Shown: piece after piece, positions 33,701-47,248 of the stretch
Layout: each line of letters opens with the position of its first letter
How positions within the stretch are numbered: position 1 is the first letter of the stretch
Assembly: GCA_026936335.1 (NCBI GenBank)
Contig: JAPMXV010000038.1
Span: forward strand, 186,001 to 250,000
Length of the DNA: 64,000 nt
Direction: 5' to 3'
Source of the DNA: Mantamonas sphyraenae STR306
Lineage: Eukaryota; Protista; CRuMs
Notes under the pieces: model-generated
The model's input: the letters and a program-made list of their open reading frames with translations, nothing else
The model's database searches: none
Told to the model about the DNA's origin: nothing
Position numbers and translations under genes: made by a program

Positions 33701-36700
33701 TTCACGTGCTCCACCAGGCAAGGCTTGCCAAACTGGATGCTCGACTCCAGCCGCTTGCTAAAGTTCTCGTCCAGGGGCGTCAGCACCTCCAGGTCAAACT
33801 CTTCCTCCATGTTGCGCACCCAGATGTTGGCCTGGCCCTGCGGGTCGATCATCAGCGGCCAACGGCGAGACTTTTGTACAATGATGGCGTTCTCCTGCGA
33901 CAGCTGATCCTTCGGCAGCTTGCACTGTGTCCAGTGGGCAATCTTCAACGGGTTGCCCATTGTGCTCAGCAGCGACGAGTTGGGCGTGAACGGGATGCTC
34001 AGCTCCTCCAGCTTCAGCTGCCACTCGCTCACAAACTGCGCTCGGTAGGCGGCCGTAAACGCGCCACTGTATGCAATCATGCCTGCAGAGATAATCACGT
34101 CGCCCAGAATGTTGTCCTCACTCTGCTGCAACGTCTCGATCGTCGACTCCCATCGCTGCTTCTCGCCTCCCAGGCCGCCAATCAGCTTGTTGGCCCTGTC
34201 CAGGCCTCGCTTGCAGTCGTCCACCTGTCGCGACAGATCTTCTTTGTGTGCCAGCGACGCGTCGTACTCTCTCTCCAACGCCGCAATGTTGTCTTCCACA
34301 GCCGACAGCCTTGCGCGCGCCTCTTCCAGCACAGCCACCGTTTTCTCCAGCGCCTCCTTGGCCTGCGCCAGACGCTCGCGCTTCGGGGCAACGCTACGCG
34401 AAACGTGGTAGTAGTGCTCGATGGCACGCACCCACAGACACAGCGATGTGCATGCACGCGACACGTTGGCCACCTTTTCCACCGTAAACTCTTCGCTCTG
34501 GATGTACGGTTGGATCTTTTGGATCACCTGCGGCGAGATGCTGTCCTTGTCAAAGTTCAGCAGCGAGTTGAGGAAACCCGGGTCGCCCAGCATGGCCTTG
34601 GCCGTATCCCAGTAGTCGTCCACCTTGGTGCCCGGCTTGTCGCCGTCCACGCGCTTGGGTTTCTTGCCCTTCATGATGCACACGGCCTCCATCACAATGC
34701 GCACACCCAGTGGCGGTGACTTGAACGCCTTGACCTCGTAGATGTGTGCGCGGTCGAGCTTGGCCAGCGAATCTGTGGCCTTGATCAGCGCAGGCATGGC
34801 GCGGTCCAATTCCTCCTGTGCATCGTCTGCAATGGCCTTTGTGATTTCTGCCTGCTCGTTTGCCTGCTCCTCTTCCTTTTGCACCACGCTGCGCGTCTCC
34901 TCCGCAAGCACCTTGTCGCGTGCGATCTTTTCCATCATCTCTTCGTTCTGCTTCGTCGTGGCCGCAAGCACGGGCTCCAGCGCCTTCAGCTTCTCCTTCA
35001 GGCCCTCTACCTCCTGTGTTGCAGACAGCAGCGTGCTCAGACCGCGCTCCAGGCGGTTGCGCTGGCCCGTCAGCTCGCTGCGCTTTTCGCCCAGCAGTTG
35101 CTTGAATGTCACCAGCAGCTCCAGGTAGCTGGTGGGCGTCACGTAGTTGTATCGCCCCAATTCGTTCAGGTAGTCCTTGGAGCGACGCTCCACATTGCTG
35201 TGCATGTGCACGCACGCTTTGATGATGTTCTCGTGCAGGCGGTCTACGGTTGCTGCCGACGCTGAGCTTTCGCTGGACGTCAGATCGACGTCAGCCAGCG
35301 AGTTGCGCGCCACACTCTCCAGCGCATCGCTGGGCCACACCGAGAACCAATCGATGGTGCAGCAGTTGACAAGCGACGGGAACATGCGCAGCCGGTTGCG
35401 GAACTTGGCGCCAATCGGGCTCATGCACAGCACGATATGCACGTTCTGGCGCACACGCGACACAAAGTGTTGGTACACGCTCGTCTTGCTCACCTCGATG
35501 CCGAGTTTCTGCACGTGTGGCGTCACATTGGTGATGATGTTTTCCATCTCGTCGGCCGCAAAGATGTTGGGCACTTCACCGCTGTTGAGGATGCTGTTGA
35601 TGTCCTCCACAAAGTTTTCGTCCAGGATCTGCGAGTCGTTGAACAAAAACACCACCTGCTTGCCTTCCACGCCGGTCGGAAGCAGCAGCTTGTTCTTCAG
35701 GTCCTCGTGCCACGCCTCCATGCCGTAGCTCTTGCTGATTTCGATTTCAAACAGCTCATAGTCGGCCATGAAAGTGGCCAAGCGCGTCAGCGACTGCCGT
35801 CCGCTGCCTCCCATGCCCAGCAGCAATGCATTGCCACGCGGCTGGCGCAGCACACGCGTGATACGACACAGGTGTTCAATGGCATGCTCAAACATCACCA
35901 GCTTCATCGGCGTGTTGATCTGCATGTTGTAGTCCTGCAGGTACTCCTCCACAATGCGCACCAGCTTGCCGTAGTCCGTCACCTCTTCGTACACGCGCGG
36001 GTAGGCACCTGGCACCATGAAATCGCCATAGAAGAGCTTGGGCGTCTGCACAACCTCTTCCCAGCTCTGGCCGTAGTGCTTGTACGTGCGCGACTGCAGT
36101 AGGGTCATGAACCAGTCACGGTCCTCGTCGTTGATCAAACGGTCGTGGAACACACGCGTGCACTCGTGTGCCCACATGCGGATCAGCGCAGACGGCTCCA
36201 CCACACGGTTGGCATCGGCGCTGAGAACGCCCTGGAACACCTTGCTCAGATCGCGAAGGTTGAACGTGTAGTGTACCTTGGCAGGCGTCGGCAGCAATTC
36301 GCTTGCAATGGTGTTGTAGATGTCCAGCGTCGCCTCCACCATTGGCCACGTCAGCGTGCGCACGCTCGGCTGGAACTGCACCAGGAACGCACCCAGAATC
36401 GTGGAGAAAATGTGTTTCACGCTGTCGTCCTCCAATTCCGCAAACGTGACCACGTTGAAATGCCTGGTGAACCGCGCCGTCATTTCGTGCCTGCCTCCGC
36501 CCGGCGGGCCCATGGCAGCCACCACCTGCGTGTCCACAATGCGCATAAAGTCGGCCGATTTGCGGTCGTACCAGCCACCGTGGTCCAGCCACTGGCGCAG
36601 CAGCTCGATTGGCGGCTGTGCGTGGTACTTTTCCGGTTTGGGCATGTTGACATCGTCGATAAACACGAGCACACGCTTGCCCAGAGGCGGGCCGTAGATA

Positions 36701-39700
36701 CCCTTGCGGCGCCTGTCCACGCGCGAGTCCAACATGTCCTGCAGCTGGTTCACATCGGTCTGGGCCGAGAAGTTGACCACGTTGGGCACAAAGAAGCTCG
36801 GCAGGCCGTTCATCATCAGTTCCGTGATGGTCACGCTCTTGCTTGTGCCTGTCTGACCCACTGCCAGCACCGGGTGGTTGTTCAGGATCAGCATGCGCAT
36901 CAGATGTGTGTAGCGCACCGTGTCCACCGTCGGCACAATGATGTCTTCGTAGTTCTGGCCGCCCTCCACCTTGTACTCGGGCACCGTGTCCATCCAGCCC
37001 TTCCACACACATTCGCCGTCATCAAAGCACACGTCGTACACTGTGCCCTGTGCCGGCAGCGTCTGTGCGGCCGCCAGCTCCAGCGCGTCCACCTTGCTGC
37101 GCAGGAACGCGTCAAACTTGGCGCGGCCCTCTCGGTTGCAGCTTGCGCCGATGGACCACACCAGCGCAAACAGAAACATGTTCTCCAAACCAGCTTGCAG
37201 CAATTCCATCTGGCCCGTGTGGTCTCGCTTGCGGATGTGGATCATTGCCTCGTCAGGCGGCACGTAGTGGAACAGGAACGCGTCCATGATGTTCACCAGC
37301 GAGCGTGTCATGTTGCTGTGCGTCAGCGACACAAGCATGTGCAGGTTGCGCGACACAAACTCCAGCGACTCGCTGAGCAGTCCGTTGAACAGCTCCTCCA
37401 GCTTCGGTTTCACAGGTTCCAGCCATTTGTCCAGGCCGCCCAGCCACGACTGCACCAACGCGTCCACACCAATGGCCGCAGGGTCCAGGTACACCATACC
37501 GCAACGGCTCACGGTGGCCGGTGACGCCACCTTGAGGTCCTCCACCTCGAACATCATCACCTGCGACTTGGTCAGGCGGATGATCTCGCCACTGGGCAGG
37601 CACAGCTTCTTGTTGTCGTCCAGCACAGTGTTCATGTTCTCGATCCACAAAGCGTCCACGGGGCCATCCAACACAATCCAGCGGAACTCGTTGCCGTCGC
37701 GCTCCAGGTCTCGCTTGACCGTGATGGCCAGCAGGCCATCCTCCCACTCTTTGGTCTGCTTGTCCTGCTCGCAGTACAGCTGGTCCATGGTCACGCTCTT
37801 TGGGTTGATCACCGTCTTGGTCACGCCGCGGTACTGGGACACCACGACGGCGTCCTCGTGCTTTGCCAGCGCGTTCAGCGCCGTCTCCAGCACCTTGTAG
37901 CACGACGTCTTTCCTGCACCCGTGGGACCCACAAGCATCAGGCCATGGCGCACCACAGTCGTGTCGTACAGCTGGATGCACTTTTGCACAAACGAGGGCA
38001 GCGGCTGCAGGCCGTGGTGTGCACACGCGGCTTCCAGTGCCTCTTGCAACACGCCGTAGTCCACTTCTTGCTCCTTGACGCGCGGGAACAGATCGTAGAT
38101 GATGCCGTTGAAGAGCGCCAAATCGTCGGCGAGGAACTTGGGCACGTTGACGTCGCGCAGCGCACGCAGAAGCAGAATGTCTTCGCGCAGCTCCGGATGG
38201 GCGCGCTTGAGGTTGCCCGCAGCCGAGATGACCGTCTTGACGGCGCGCATGCCAAAGTCGTAGTGATCCTGCGACGACAGCTGCTCAGACGAAAGCTTGA
38301 AAGTGGCAACCATCTTATTGGCCAGCGAGTTGGCCGTGTTGAAGCCGTACGAGTACAGCTCGATTTCTGCAATCATGGCATAGTCCGGCACCATCATGGC
38401 CACGGGGCGGAACAGAGCCTTCAGGTTGTCCGGCAGTTCCGTACGGCCCTCGTATCCCGGGTTCATCGTCACAAACACGGCGCATGTCTTGTCCAGCGCC
38501 AAGTCGACGTGTTCAAAGTAGAACCGCTTGGCGCCGCCCTGAATGGCCTTTTGGATCTTCATGATCATTTCTGCCACCACCGACAGCACCTCGAGCTCGA
38601 TACGGTTGAACTCGTCGAAGCATGCCCACGCGCCCGTGCTGGCCAGGCCCTTGAAGAACTTGGCCATCGAGTCGACGTCGAGACCCTCGGAGCAGTTGAA
38701 GACAACGCACTTCTTGGCCAGGGCTTTGGCCAAATCCTTGGTGGTTTCCGTTTTGCCCGTGCCTGCGGGACCTTGCGGAGCGCCTCCCAGCTGCAGCTGC
38801 AGTGCAGACGTAAGTGTCAGGTAGCAGCGGTCGGTCAGTGGCGTGATGACCAGGCGTGTGGTGTTGCCCAGGTACTCGTAACCGTAGTCAAAGCTGGCCG
38901 TCATCATCTCGACGCGGCAGTCCTCGGCCCAGTAGAAGCGCATCTGCGAGATCCACTCAAAGTCCATGGTGTTGGTGACGCCCGAGTCGACGAGGTGCTT
39001 GGTCACGTCACGTGCGTGCACGTCCATGGTGATCAGGGCCTTCAGCAGGTCCTGCGTGAGTTGGTCCAGGTCTGTGCGCATGAGGTCGGTCAGGTCGTCC
39101 AGCTGGGCCACAAGCTTCTGGTGTAGCGTGGCCAGGGCCCCCTCCTCTCCACTCTCGATGGCCTTGGTGACCATCTTGGTCCAGAAAATGGCAGAGGCGC
39201 ACAGTACCGTCTGTGCGGGCCACTTTTTCACCCACTCTGTGCGCGCGGTCTGCGTGTAGTCCTCCAGTGCAAACTGCAGCTGCTGGCGCACGCTGAGTTT
39301 CATGACGCGCTCGACGTCCAGCAGCCAGTTCTCCACCGCGCCCTTCGGGTAGAATGTCTCGACAAAGGGCACCACCTCGTGTTCGGAGCTCTCCATACCC
39401 GTGATCATGTGGTCCTCGGAAAACTGGAGCAGTGCAATGTTCTCGAAGCACTTGTGCAGGTTCTTGAGCTCGCTGGGATCCTTGGCCTCGGAGAGGAACT
39501 CGAGCATCTCGTCGTTGGTGAGGAAGTAGAAACGCGGGAAGATGGAGCGCTTGTTCTCCAAGTACTGAGAGAGTCCCTTGTGGACGAGGTCGAGCAGCTT
39601 GTTGCTGTCCTCCAGGTCCTCGAGCAACTTGTCGGTGTCGCAGTAGCTCATGACGTTGTTGTCCTCGACAACGCCGTCCATGATGCGCATCCAAGTGCGC

Positions 39701-42700
39701 TCCATGGTCTGGTAGCGCTTGTACTCCTGGGGCATCTGCGAGGAGATGTCTTCGCTGGTAAAGATGGGCTCGAGGTACAGCCACTTGCCCTGGCAGACAA
39801 GCCACGTTTCGAGGATCTGCTGCACACTGAGCAGCTTGCGTTCCCAGGTGGCAATGTCGTTCTCAAAGGGCTTGCAGTACACGCTCATCTTCATGGTCTG
39901 TGTGGTCATGATCTGGTCGTCCAGGGTCTGCACAATCTCGTCGGTTGCGCGGATCTTGTACTTCTTCTTGTCTGCGTTGGGTTTGCCATGGGGCACCACC
40001 ACAAACTGCATGTCCTCCCACACAGCCTGCATCTTGTGCAGGGTGCTCTCGATGTGATACTCCTTCATGGCCTGGTCGCTCCACTTGTTGATGACGTCGA
40101 GGTGGTCGTAGAGACCAAGAGCGAGGATCTTGACGAGGGTCATGTTGTCGTCCATGTTGATCTCGATGCCCAGCTCTTGCGACAGAGAGAACCAATGGCG
40201 GTCGCGCATGCCCGGGTTGCGCAAGGCAGTGATGAGTTTGACGTTTGGAGCAAACTCGTCCAGCTCATTCTTGATGTTGGACGCGATGTCGTACAGGGGG
40301 GTGCCTCGGAATTGCTTCTGGACCTTGTAGATGGTGCGCGTGGAGGAGGTCATCTGCTGCTCGATCTCCTCGCCGTTGAGCGAGACAAACGGATCGTTGA
40401 ACCACTTGTCCTGCCACGTGCGCCAGTTGCGCGCCGTGAGCCACAGGTTCTTGTACGGTTCAAAGTCGCTGGTCATCTGCTTGAGGGCACGGTACTCTGT
40501 CTGTTGCTCGCCAAACAGGGTTTCGCGCTTGTTGTACAGGCGTGCCTTTGCGTTGCAGTTCTCCAGCAACTTGGCAATCTTGTCGACTTCTTCCGCGACC
40601 TGCTCGACAAGAGAAATGTCGGTGTGGATGCTGAAGCCAGCAATGACGCCGAGGAGCTCTTGCAACTCCTCGTCAAACGCCTCTTGGTCCTCCTCCATCT
40701 GCTTGCGGAAGCGGTTCATGTCAAACTCGATCAGCTTCTGGGTTTCCTCGATCTGGTCGGCAATCTTCTTGGGACCGGAGAAGGCAATCCAGCGGATCTG
40801 AAAGTCCTCTGGGGACAGAGTATGACGGAATTCTTCGAGGACGTTGTAGTACTCGCCAACGTCGCGAATGTTCATCTCAAGCTCGTGCAGAGTGTGCGGC
40901 AAAGTGTCGATGTAGTGCTTGAGCTCAAGCAGGTCCTCGATGGAGTGCGGGCGCTCGATGAGGCGTTTGAGGACGTTGCCAAAGGTGCGGCAGATGTCGT
41001 CGGAGCGGTTGCGAGCACGACGTGCAATGAGACGGAGGACGAGGCCGGCGAGCTCGGAGCACTTGTCCGAGAGGAGGTGGCGCACGTTTTCGCAGTTGAC
41101 AGAGTAGAGGCCGACGCTCTGTGTGATGGGGATCTGCTCCTCGACGAGACGCTTCATGTTGAGGTGGTTCTCGACCTCGATCTTCAATGTGGTGATGTCG
41201 TGGTTCGCATCCTCGACCTCGGCCATGTGGGACTGGATGTCGAGCTGGATGAGCGGCACGTACTCCTCATACATGGTGAGGTACTTGCCGAGGGGCCGGA
41301 GGGAGCGGCGCATGATGTGGACGATGCGCTTGCGCAGAGCTTCGACCTTGGGGTCGCCGCGACGTGTGCTGGGCAGGTAGCGAGTGTGCGTCCACAGCAG
41401 GTTGTTCTCCATGACGAGCTTTTCGAGCTGCTGGACGTTCTGGACACTCTCGAGCCCCTTGTCAAACAGGTCGACGACAATGGTTTCGAAGGAGTCGAGG
41501 TTGTTGCTGAACGCAAAGGCGCGGTCGTCTTGGATGATGAGGTCAGTGACAAAGAGAGGCTGCTTGCGGGCAATGCCTGTCTCGACGTTGCACTCCTGCA
41601 GAAAGTGCGAGTCTGCAAAGAGGGCGTACTCTCGCTGGCTGTAGCGGAGGACGACGTCCTTGGAAGAGGTGACTGCGACGGTGCCTGCGGCGGCGCTCTC
41701 GAGGAAGGCTGTGTAGCGCTCGAGGGAGGACTCGACCAGGAAACGCAGAGTGTCCTCCATGATGAGTTTGACCATGACCATGAGTTTCTTGAGCTTGGAG
41801 ACCTCGTAGACCTCCTTGTTTGTTTCGGAGAGGTTGAACCAGCCTTTGCCGACGTCCTTGAGCTTGCCACGGATGGACGTCTTGAGAGTGAGGAGCCAGG
41901 ACTCACGCAGATGGGTGGCGACGTTGGTGTACATCTGGGTCTGCAGCTGAGCAAACTCTTCGAGGCGGACGCTCTTTGTGATGGAATCGTTGAAGAGGGA
42001 GAAGCGCTCGAGGACGGTGTTGCAGTCTTCGCGGATCTTTTGGAGGGCGAGGACAACAGCTTTTGTGGTGAGGAAGCTCTGGAAGGCAAAACGACGAAAG
42101 TTGTCCTCGTAGTTGAAGCCGTCAATGAAGACGGTGGCGCGGTCTGGGATGGCCATGTGTGTCGCAAGAGACTCTGGCAGAGTCATGTTCTTGAGGAGCT
42201 TGCGCTTGCGCGAGTCCTGGAGCATGGAGGCCAGAGTGATCTTGTTGATGGTGCGGCTGTAGTCGATGTTGACCTCGTGGAGGAGGGAGGAGGTGTCAAA
42301 CGTTTTGTCCTTGAACTGACGGACAGAAAAGGCGCGTTTGTACATGCGCGTGACAATGTCCTTGTCCAACGGGTCGAGGTCTTCCACGGGCATGCTGTCA
42401 ATGTACAGGTTTGTGCGCATGTCGATCTCTGCCTGACTGCGAGCCTCGTGGGCTTTTCGCACACGTTTTGCAAAGAGGAACGGGTCCTCTGCGGTGAACA
42501 TGAGGTTGATTCTGGGTGGAGTGGAGTGCAATGGAGGGAGAAAGGAAGGAGGGAGGGTGTGAGAGGGCGGTGTGGGATGGGGAATGCTGCGTCAAGCGAG
42601 CGGAGCCTGGCCGCGGTTTCGGGATGCGGTTGGGAGAAGAACGCAGGCAAGGCAAGAGGAAACTCACTTGGGCACCCAGAACTCGCTGGCGTGACGGTCA

Positions 42701-44253
42701 TACTCGACCTCGACGAGAAAGAGATCCTGGAATTGGTCGTAGTCGTACATCTTGCAGCGCTTCCAGACGTAGTTGCCGTTGAGGTCTTGAACGAGACACT
42801 TTGCCGGGACGTAGGAGTAGGAGCCATCGTCCATGAGGCGAAGGTCGAGCCACTCGCGAGGAGTGCGTGTGTCGAGGTCTGCGTCGTCAAAGTACTCGAG
42901 CGGGAGCATGGTGACGTACTCGTTGTGCTCGAGCTGGTTTGTGCCGTCGTAGGTGATGTGTTCGAGAGAAGCAAGGAGCTGCTGGATGTCCTCGCTTGCA
43001 AAGAGACGTTTCTTGCGCTCGATCTCGATCTTGCGAGGGGTCTGGCCGGCACGTGCGACAAAGGGAATCATGACCTTGGGCTCGATTGCTTTGGGGTTAA
43101 AACGCTTGGCAGCACGCTGCTCGGCCTTGAGCTGTGCGATGCGCTGGGCCTGGTAGAACTCGTCCTGGTCTGTTTCGTAGGCAGAGCTTGTGGTGGAGGA
43201 GGTGGCGGCGCGGTAAAGGTCGACGTGGGGCGCGCCGAGATCGTCGCTGCCGGCTTCGCTGTACGAGTCGTAGTCGTCGTCGGTGACGTCTTCGTCGTCG
43301 GTGACGTCTTCTTCGTCGTCATCGACAGGCACCTCTTGCACCGGTTGTGCGGTTGTGCCGTCCGAGCTGGCAGGCTGGCCGGCAGAGGCGGCTGCGTTGG
43401 CGGAGGAAGAGGAGGAAGAGGACGGGGCGGCAGGTTCAACGGCTTCCTGCGTTTTGGGGCCCTCCTGCGTGCGCGGAGGCGATGATGACGAGGGCTGGTC
43501 GGCATCATCGTCTGCAGTGGAGTCTTGGTCATCGTTGCGAGAGCTACGCTGGGCAGCAAGGTCGACAATGGAGGCCTTGGAGCTGCCGGAGTAGGGCTTT
43601 GAGCGGATGCGTGTGTCGAAACTGTGGCCGAGGTTGAGACGCAGGGAGGAGACGGACGGGGCACGTTGGACCTGCTGGGAACCAGCCTCACGGCGTGCGG
43701 TCTTGAGCAAGCGGATGCCCTTGGGCCCGACGATGTCCTTGACCTCGTAGGCGTCGAGGATGTCGCTCATGGTGTCTGTGTACACGCCCTTGGTGGTCGG
43801 AGACTGCGTGCCGGGCTGAGGAGACACGCTGGGACTCTTGGGCGGAGCAATAGAGGAGCGTCTGCGGCGCGGACTGCTCGGGCTCGCTGCAGGAAAGGCG
43901 GCAAACGGGGTGTGAGCGTCCAACGGAATTTGAGGGGTGCGAGCACAACGGCCGGGAGCCCTGCGATGGGCATGGGTGGGGCGAACATGGCAAGGCCCAG
44001 TGGATGTCGAGGCAACCAGCGTGGAGTTGCGCGATGTAACGGGGCCTCAGGGTAAGGTGTGGAGATGGAACGGGATGGTGAAAGAAGCATGGCGCGAAAA
44101 CGCACATCGTTGAAGAATTTCAGAGGCGAACCGGGAGGGAGCCTGGCCAGAGGCAAGTTTGCTGTTCCACTCCTTGGCATAGTCCTTGGAGGGAGTGGAT
44201 GGGGACAAAGAGTTTGTGTCCGTGTCGACGCTAAGGACCTTGCGCGAAGACAT
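30718..44253 (-). CDS. DNAH1: Axonemal inner-arm dynein heavy chain, DNAH1-like (3 exons; introns 43887-44105 and 42512-42667)
   Basis: P-loops GPAGTGKT, GPTGAGKT, GQTGTSKS, GMGGSGRQS. DNAH1-type N-terminus PRKIEIERK..., DTRTPREW, WVPK|INLMFTAEDP. C-terminus RGVAMVCSLNY. Confidence 0.93.
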
Positions 44254-44483
44254 TGTTGGGTTGTGCGGGTGAGCGAGGTCGGTGGACAGCGCATGTGGAG
44301 GTGGAAGAGGGTTTTGAAAATGGCAAGACGACGACACGGAGTATGTGTGGCACGTTGGAGATGGACACTTGGGAAATGGCCGCTCGAGGAGGAGTGACGG
44401 GGGCGAAGGGGGTGTGGTTGGGGCTGTGCAGGCGAAGTTGGCGCCAGCAAAAGCAGCACTGGCACGCAGAGGCAATCCACAGC

Positions 44484-47205
44484 ATGAGCAACGGCAACAC
44501 AGTGCAGTCGCTGCAGTCTGGCTCCGGCACAGGAAACGGAGGTGGAGAGAGCGGCGAGAGCGGGAGCGGGAGAGGATGGGGCTTCGGCGCGTCGTGGGCG
44601 GCAGGCGACAAAACGTCGACGACGTGGGCACAAGCAATGGAGAGCGAGTCAAGCGGGGAAGGTGAGAGTGGGCAGGGTGGCGGAAAGGCGGGAGGGGCAA
44701 GCAACAAGAAGCAAAGCGGAGGACGAGGTGGGTTTGCGTGCAAGGGTGGCGCGCGCATTTTTGGCAAAGAGGGAAGGGCCAGGCAGTGGGGTCGAAGGGG
44801 CGGCGGAGGCAGGCGCGCAGATGGTGTGCACATGCACAAACGGATGAGAGAGGCACACGGGTGTGAGGGGAGAAGGGTTTGCAGGTGACTGACATGGATT
44901 CGGGGCATGCACAGGGCAAGAGGCGAAGCAGGGGGGCAAAGGCGGGAATGGGTACGGCGGGTTCAGCGGCGGAAGCTGGGCAGAGATGGTAGACGAAGAG
45001 GATGTGCCTGTGGTGCGCACGACGTCGAGCAACCGCAGTGGCTCTGGTGGAGGGCGCAGCACAAGCACCGTGAGCAGTGGAGGAAACCGTGAGGGCGGCG
45101 GGAAGGTGGCGGTGGGGAGCTGGGGTGGGCGAGGAACAGGAGCAGGTGGACGGCACGGGGGAGGTGGAGGCGGAGGCGGAGGCGGAGGCGGGGGCAGCAA
45201 CAAGACCAGTGCGGGAGGCGGAAACACGTATGTGCCGCCGAATAAGCGTCCCAACGCAAGCGGGAGCACGAAGAAGAGCGGCCAACCGGTGATTGGCTCG
45301 TGGGGCGACTTGGAAAGGGGTTCGTCGTGGCGCAACAAGGGACAAACAGGAGGTGGATACATGAGCAAGTCGCACCATAACCACCACCATCATCTTGTGA
45401 AAGGGGCAAAGCCGCCGGAAGAAGCGGAAGCCGCGGTGAGGAAGCGACAGGAGGCTGAGAGGAAGAGGAAGGAAGCAGAGGATGCAGCACGTAAGGCACA
45501 GGCAGAAGAGGAAGAAAGGAAGAGGTTGGCGGCAGAGGAAGAGGAGAAGAAGAGGAAGGAGGCGGAAGAGGAGGAGGCAAAGAAGAAGCAACAGCAGCAG
45601 GTGAACCAGCTGATGGAAGAGATGAACGAGCGGTGGAAGGTGCTACAACAGGAGCAAAACACACTGCAGGAACAACGACAGCAGCTGTATGTGCTGCAGA
45701 ATCAGGTGCACCAGACTCTGCACCAAGCGCAACTTGTGCTGAACAGCCCAATGAGCACCGCAGAGATGCAGATGCAGGCGACTCAAACGCTGAACTGGTG
45801 TATCATGCAGCAACAGCAAGCGGCAGGCAAGAAGCAGTTTGTGGAGATGGCGCTCGGGCGAGCGCAGCAGGAGGCGGAGATGCTGCGTGGACACGCACAC
45901 ATGTTGACGCAAACGGGAGACGTACAGGCAGTGCTGAAAGCACAAGCTCAGGCAACACAGCAGCTGCAGGCACAGGTGGCGCAACAGCAAGCGGCAGCGG
46001 CGCAGAACCACATGGGAGGTGGGACGACGAACAGCAACGGCAATGGGAAGGGCGGAGGATGGGGAGAACAGCAGGTGCAAGGCGGTGTTCAGCAGGGGAA
46101 CCAAGGGCAGGGTGGGATGCAGGCGCAGGCGCAGGCGGCGCAGGTGGGATTTGGCTCGTCGGGGGTGTCGTCTGGTGGGGGCCAGCAGCGCATGGGCAGC
46201 TACAAGGAGGATGAGGAACGATTCATTTCGGGTGTGCTTGCAAGCGAGGGATCTGAGGACACGACGGGGCCGATTGGAGTTGGAGGGGCGTTTGGAGGGA
46301 GCGGTGTGATGGGTGGTGGGTGGAACAGCAACCAAGTGCTGGGCGGCAGCACGTTTACGGTGTTGAACACAATGGGGGGAGGCGGAGGAGGGGGCACGGT
46401 GTCGAGCACATCGACGTCTGGGTCGTCGTCGGGCCAGTTTGGGATGAACATCAACTCGCCGGCGTACATCCCGCGTGCGATGCGTCTGAAGCTGGCGGCT
46501 GAGAAGAAGGCAAAGGAGGAAGCCAGTGCGAAGGAGGAGGTCAAGGTAGAGGAGAGCAAGGTGGAGGAGAACAAGGTGGTGGTGGAGCCGAAGAAACCCG
46601 CGTGGTCGACGGGCAACTTTGCAGCGCAGCTGGGAGGCGGCGGTGGACAAGTTGTTGAGGAAGCACAGGAGGAAGAGGAGGCGCAAGTTGAGGAGGGGGT
46701 ACATGTGGAGGAGGAGGAACAGAGCAAGAGCAGCCATGGGCGGCAGATCAAGGGTGGGAAGCGTGGCAACACGTACCACAAAAAGGGCGGACAAGGGGTG
46801 GGCCCTCGCAAGAGCGGTGGACGTGGAGGAGGAGGCGGCGGCGGGGCGGGCGGCAACACGGACAACGCCAACGGCAACAAGACGAAGAAGCCGTTGCGGG
46901 AGCACTCGCTGGAGTCGTTTGGGACGAGCAGGGTGTACAACGGGCGTGGGGGTAGCAGCGGAGGAGGAGGAGGTGGTGGTGGTGGTGGTGGTGGTGGTGG
47001 TGGCAATGCGTCCGGTGGTGCTCGTGGACAGCACCACCAGAGCGGTCGTGGAGGCCATGGTGGTCGACGCGGAGGTGGACGCGGAGGAGGTGGTGCTGGT
47101 GGTGGACGACAGTACGGTCGCCAGCAGAGCTCAGGCGGACGTCGAGGAGGTGGGGGACAGCAGCGTGGAGGAGGGGACAAGCATGCGAGCCATTTCGGCA
47201 AGTGA
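44484..47205 (+). CDS. Low-complexity protein: GW/SW motifs, charged and Q-rich coils, PAM2-like motif, RGG tail (2 exons; intron 44662-44914)
   Basis: The 739-aa ORF extends upstream through a phase-1 GTGAGA..CAG intron (branch CTGAC) to MSNGNTVQ. PAM2-like GMNINSPAYIP at 46441-46473. Confidence 0.7.
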
Positions 47206-47248
47206 AGAATGAAGGCAAAGATCCAGGGCAATCATTTTGTTGATTTCA

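Noticed and set aside
39379-43485. 1368-aa + strand ORF (also 31675-34719 and 58675-61410)
   Set aside because: Antisense shadows of GC3-rich real genes (dynein and the receptor); no recognisable motifs.
44026-44040. X-box-like GTTGCGCGATGTAAC in dynein intron 1
   Set aside because: Poor match to the RFX consensus; could occur by chance.
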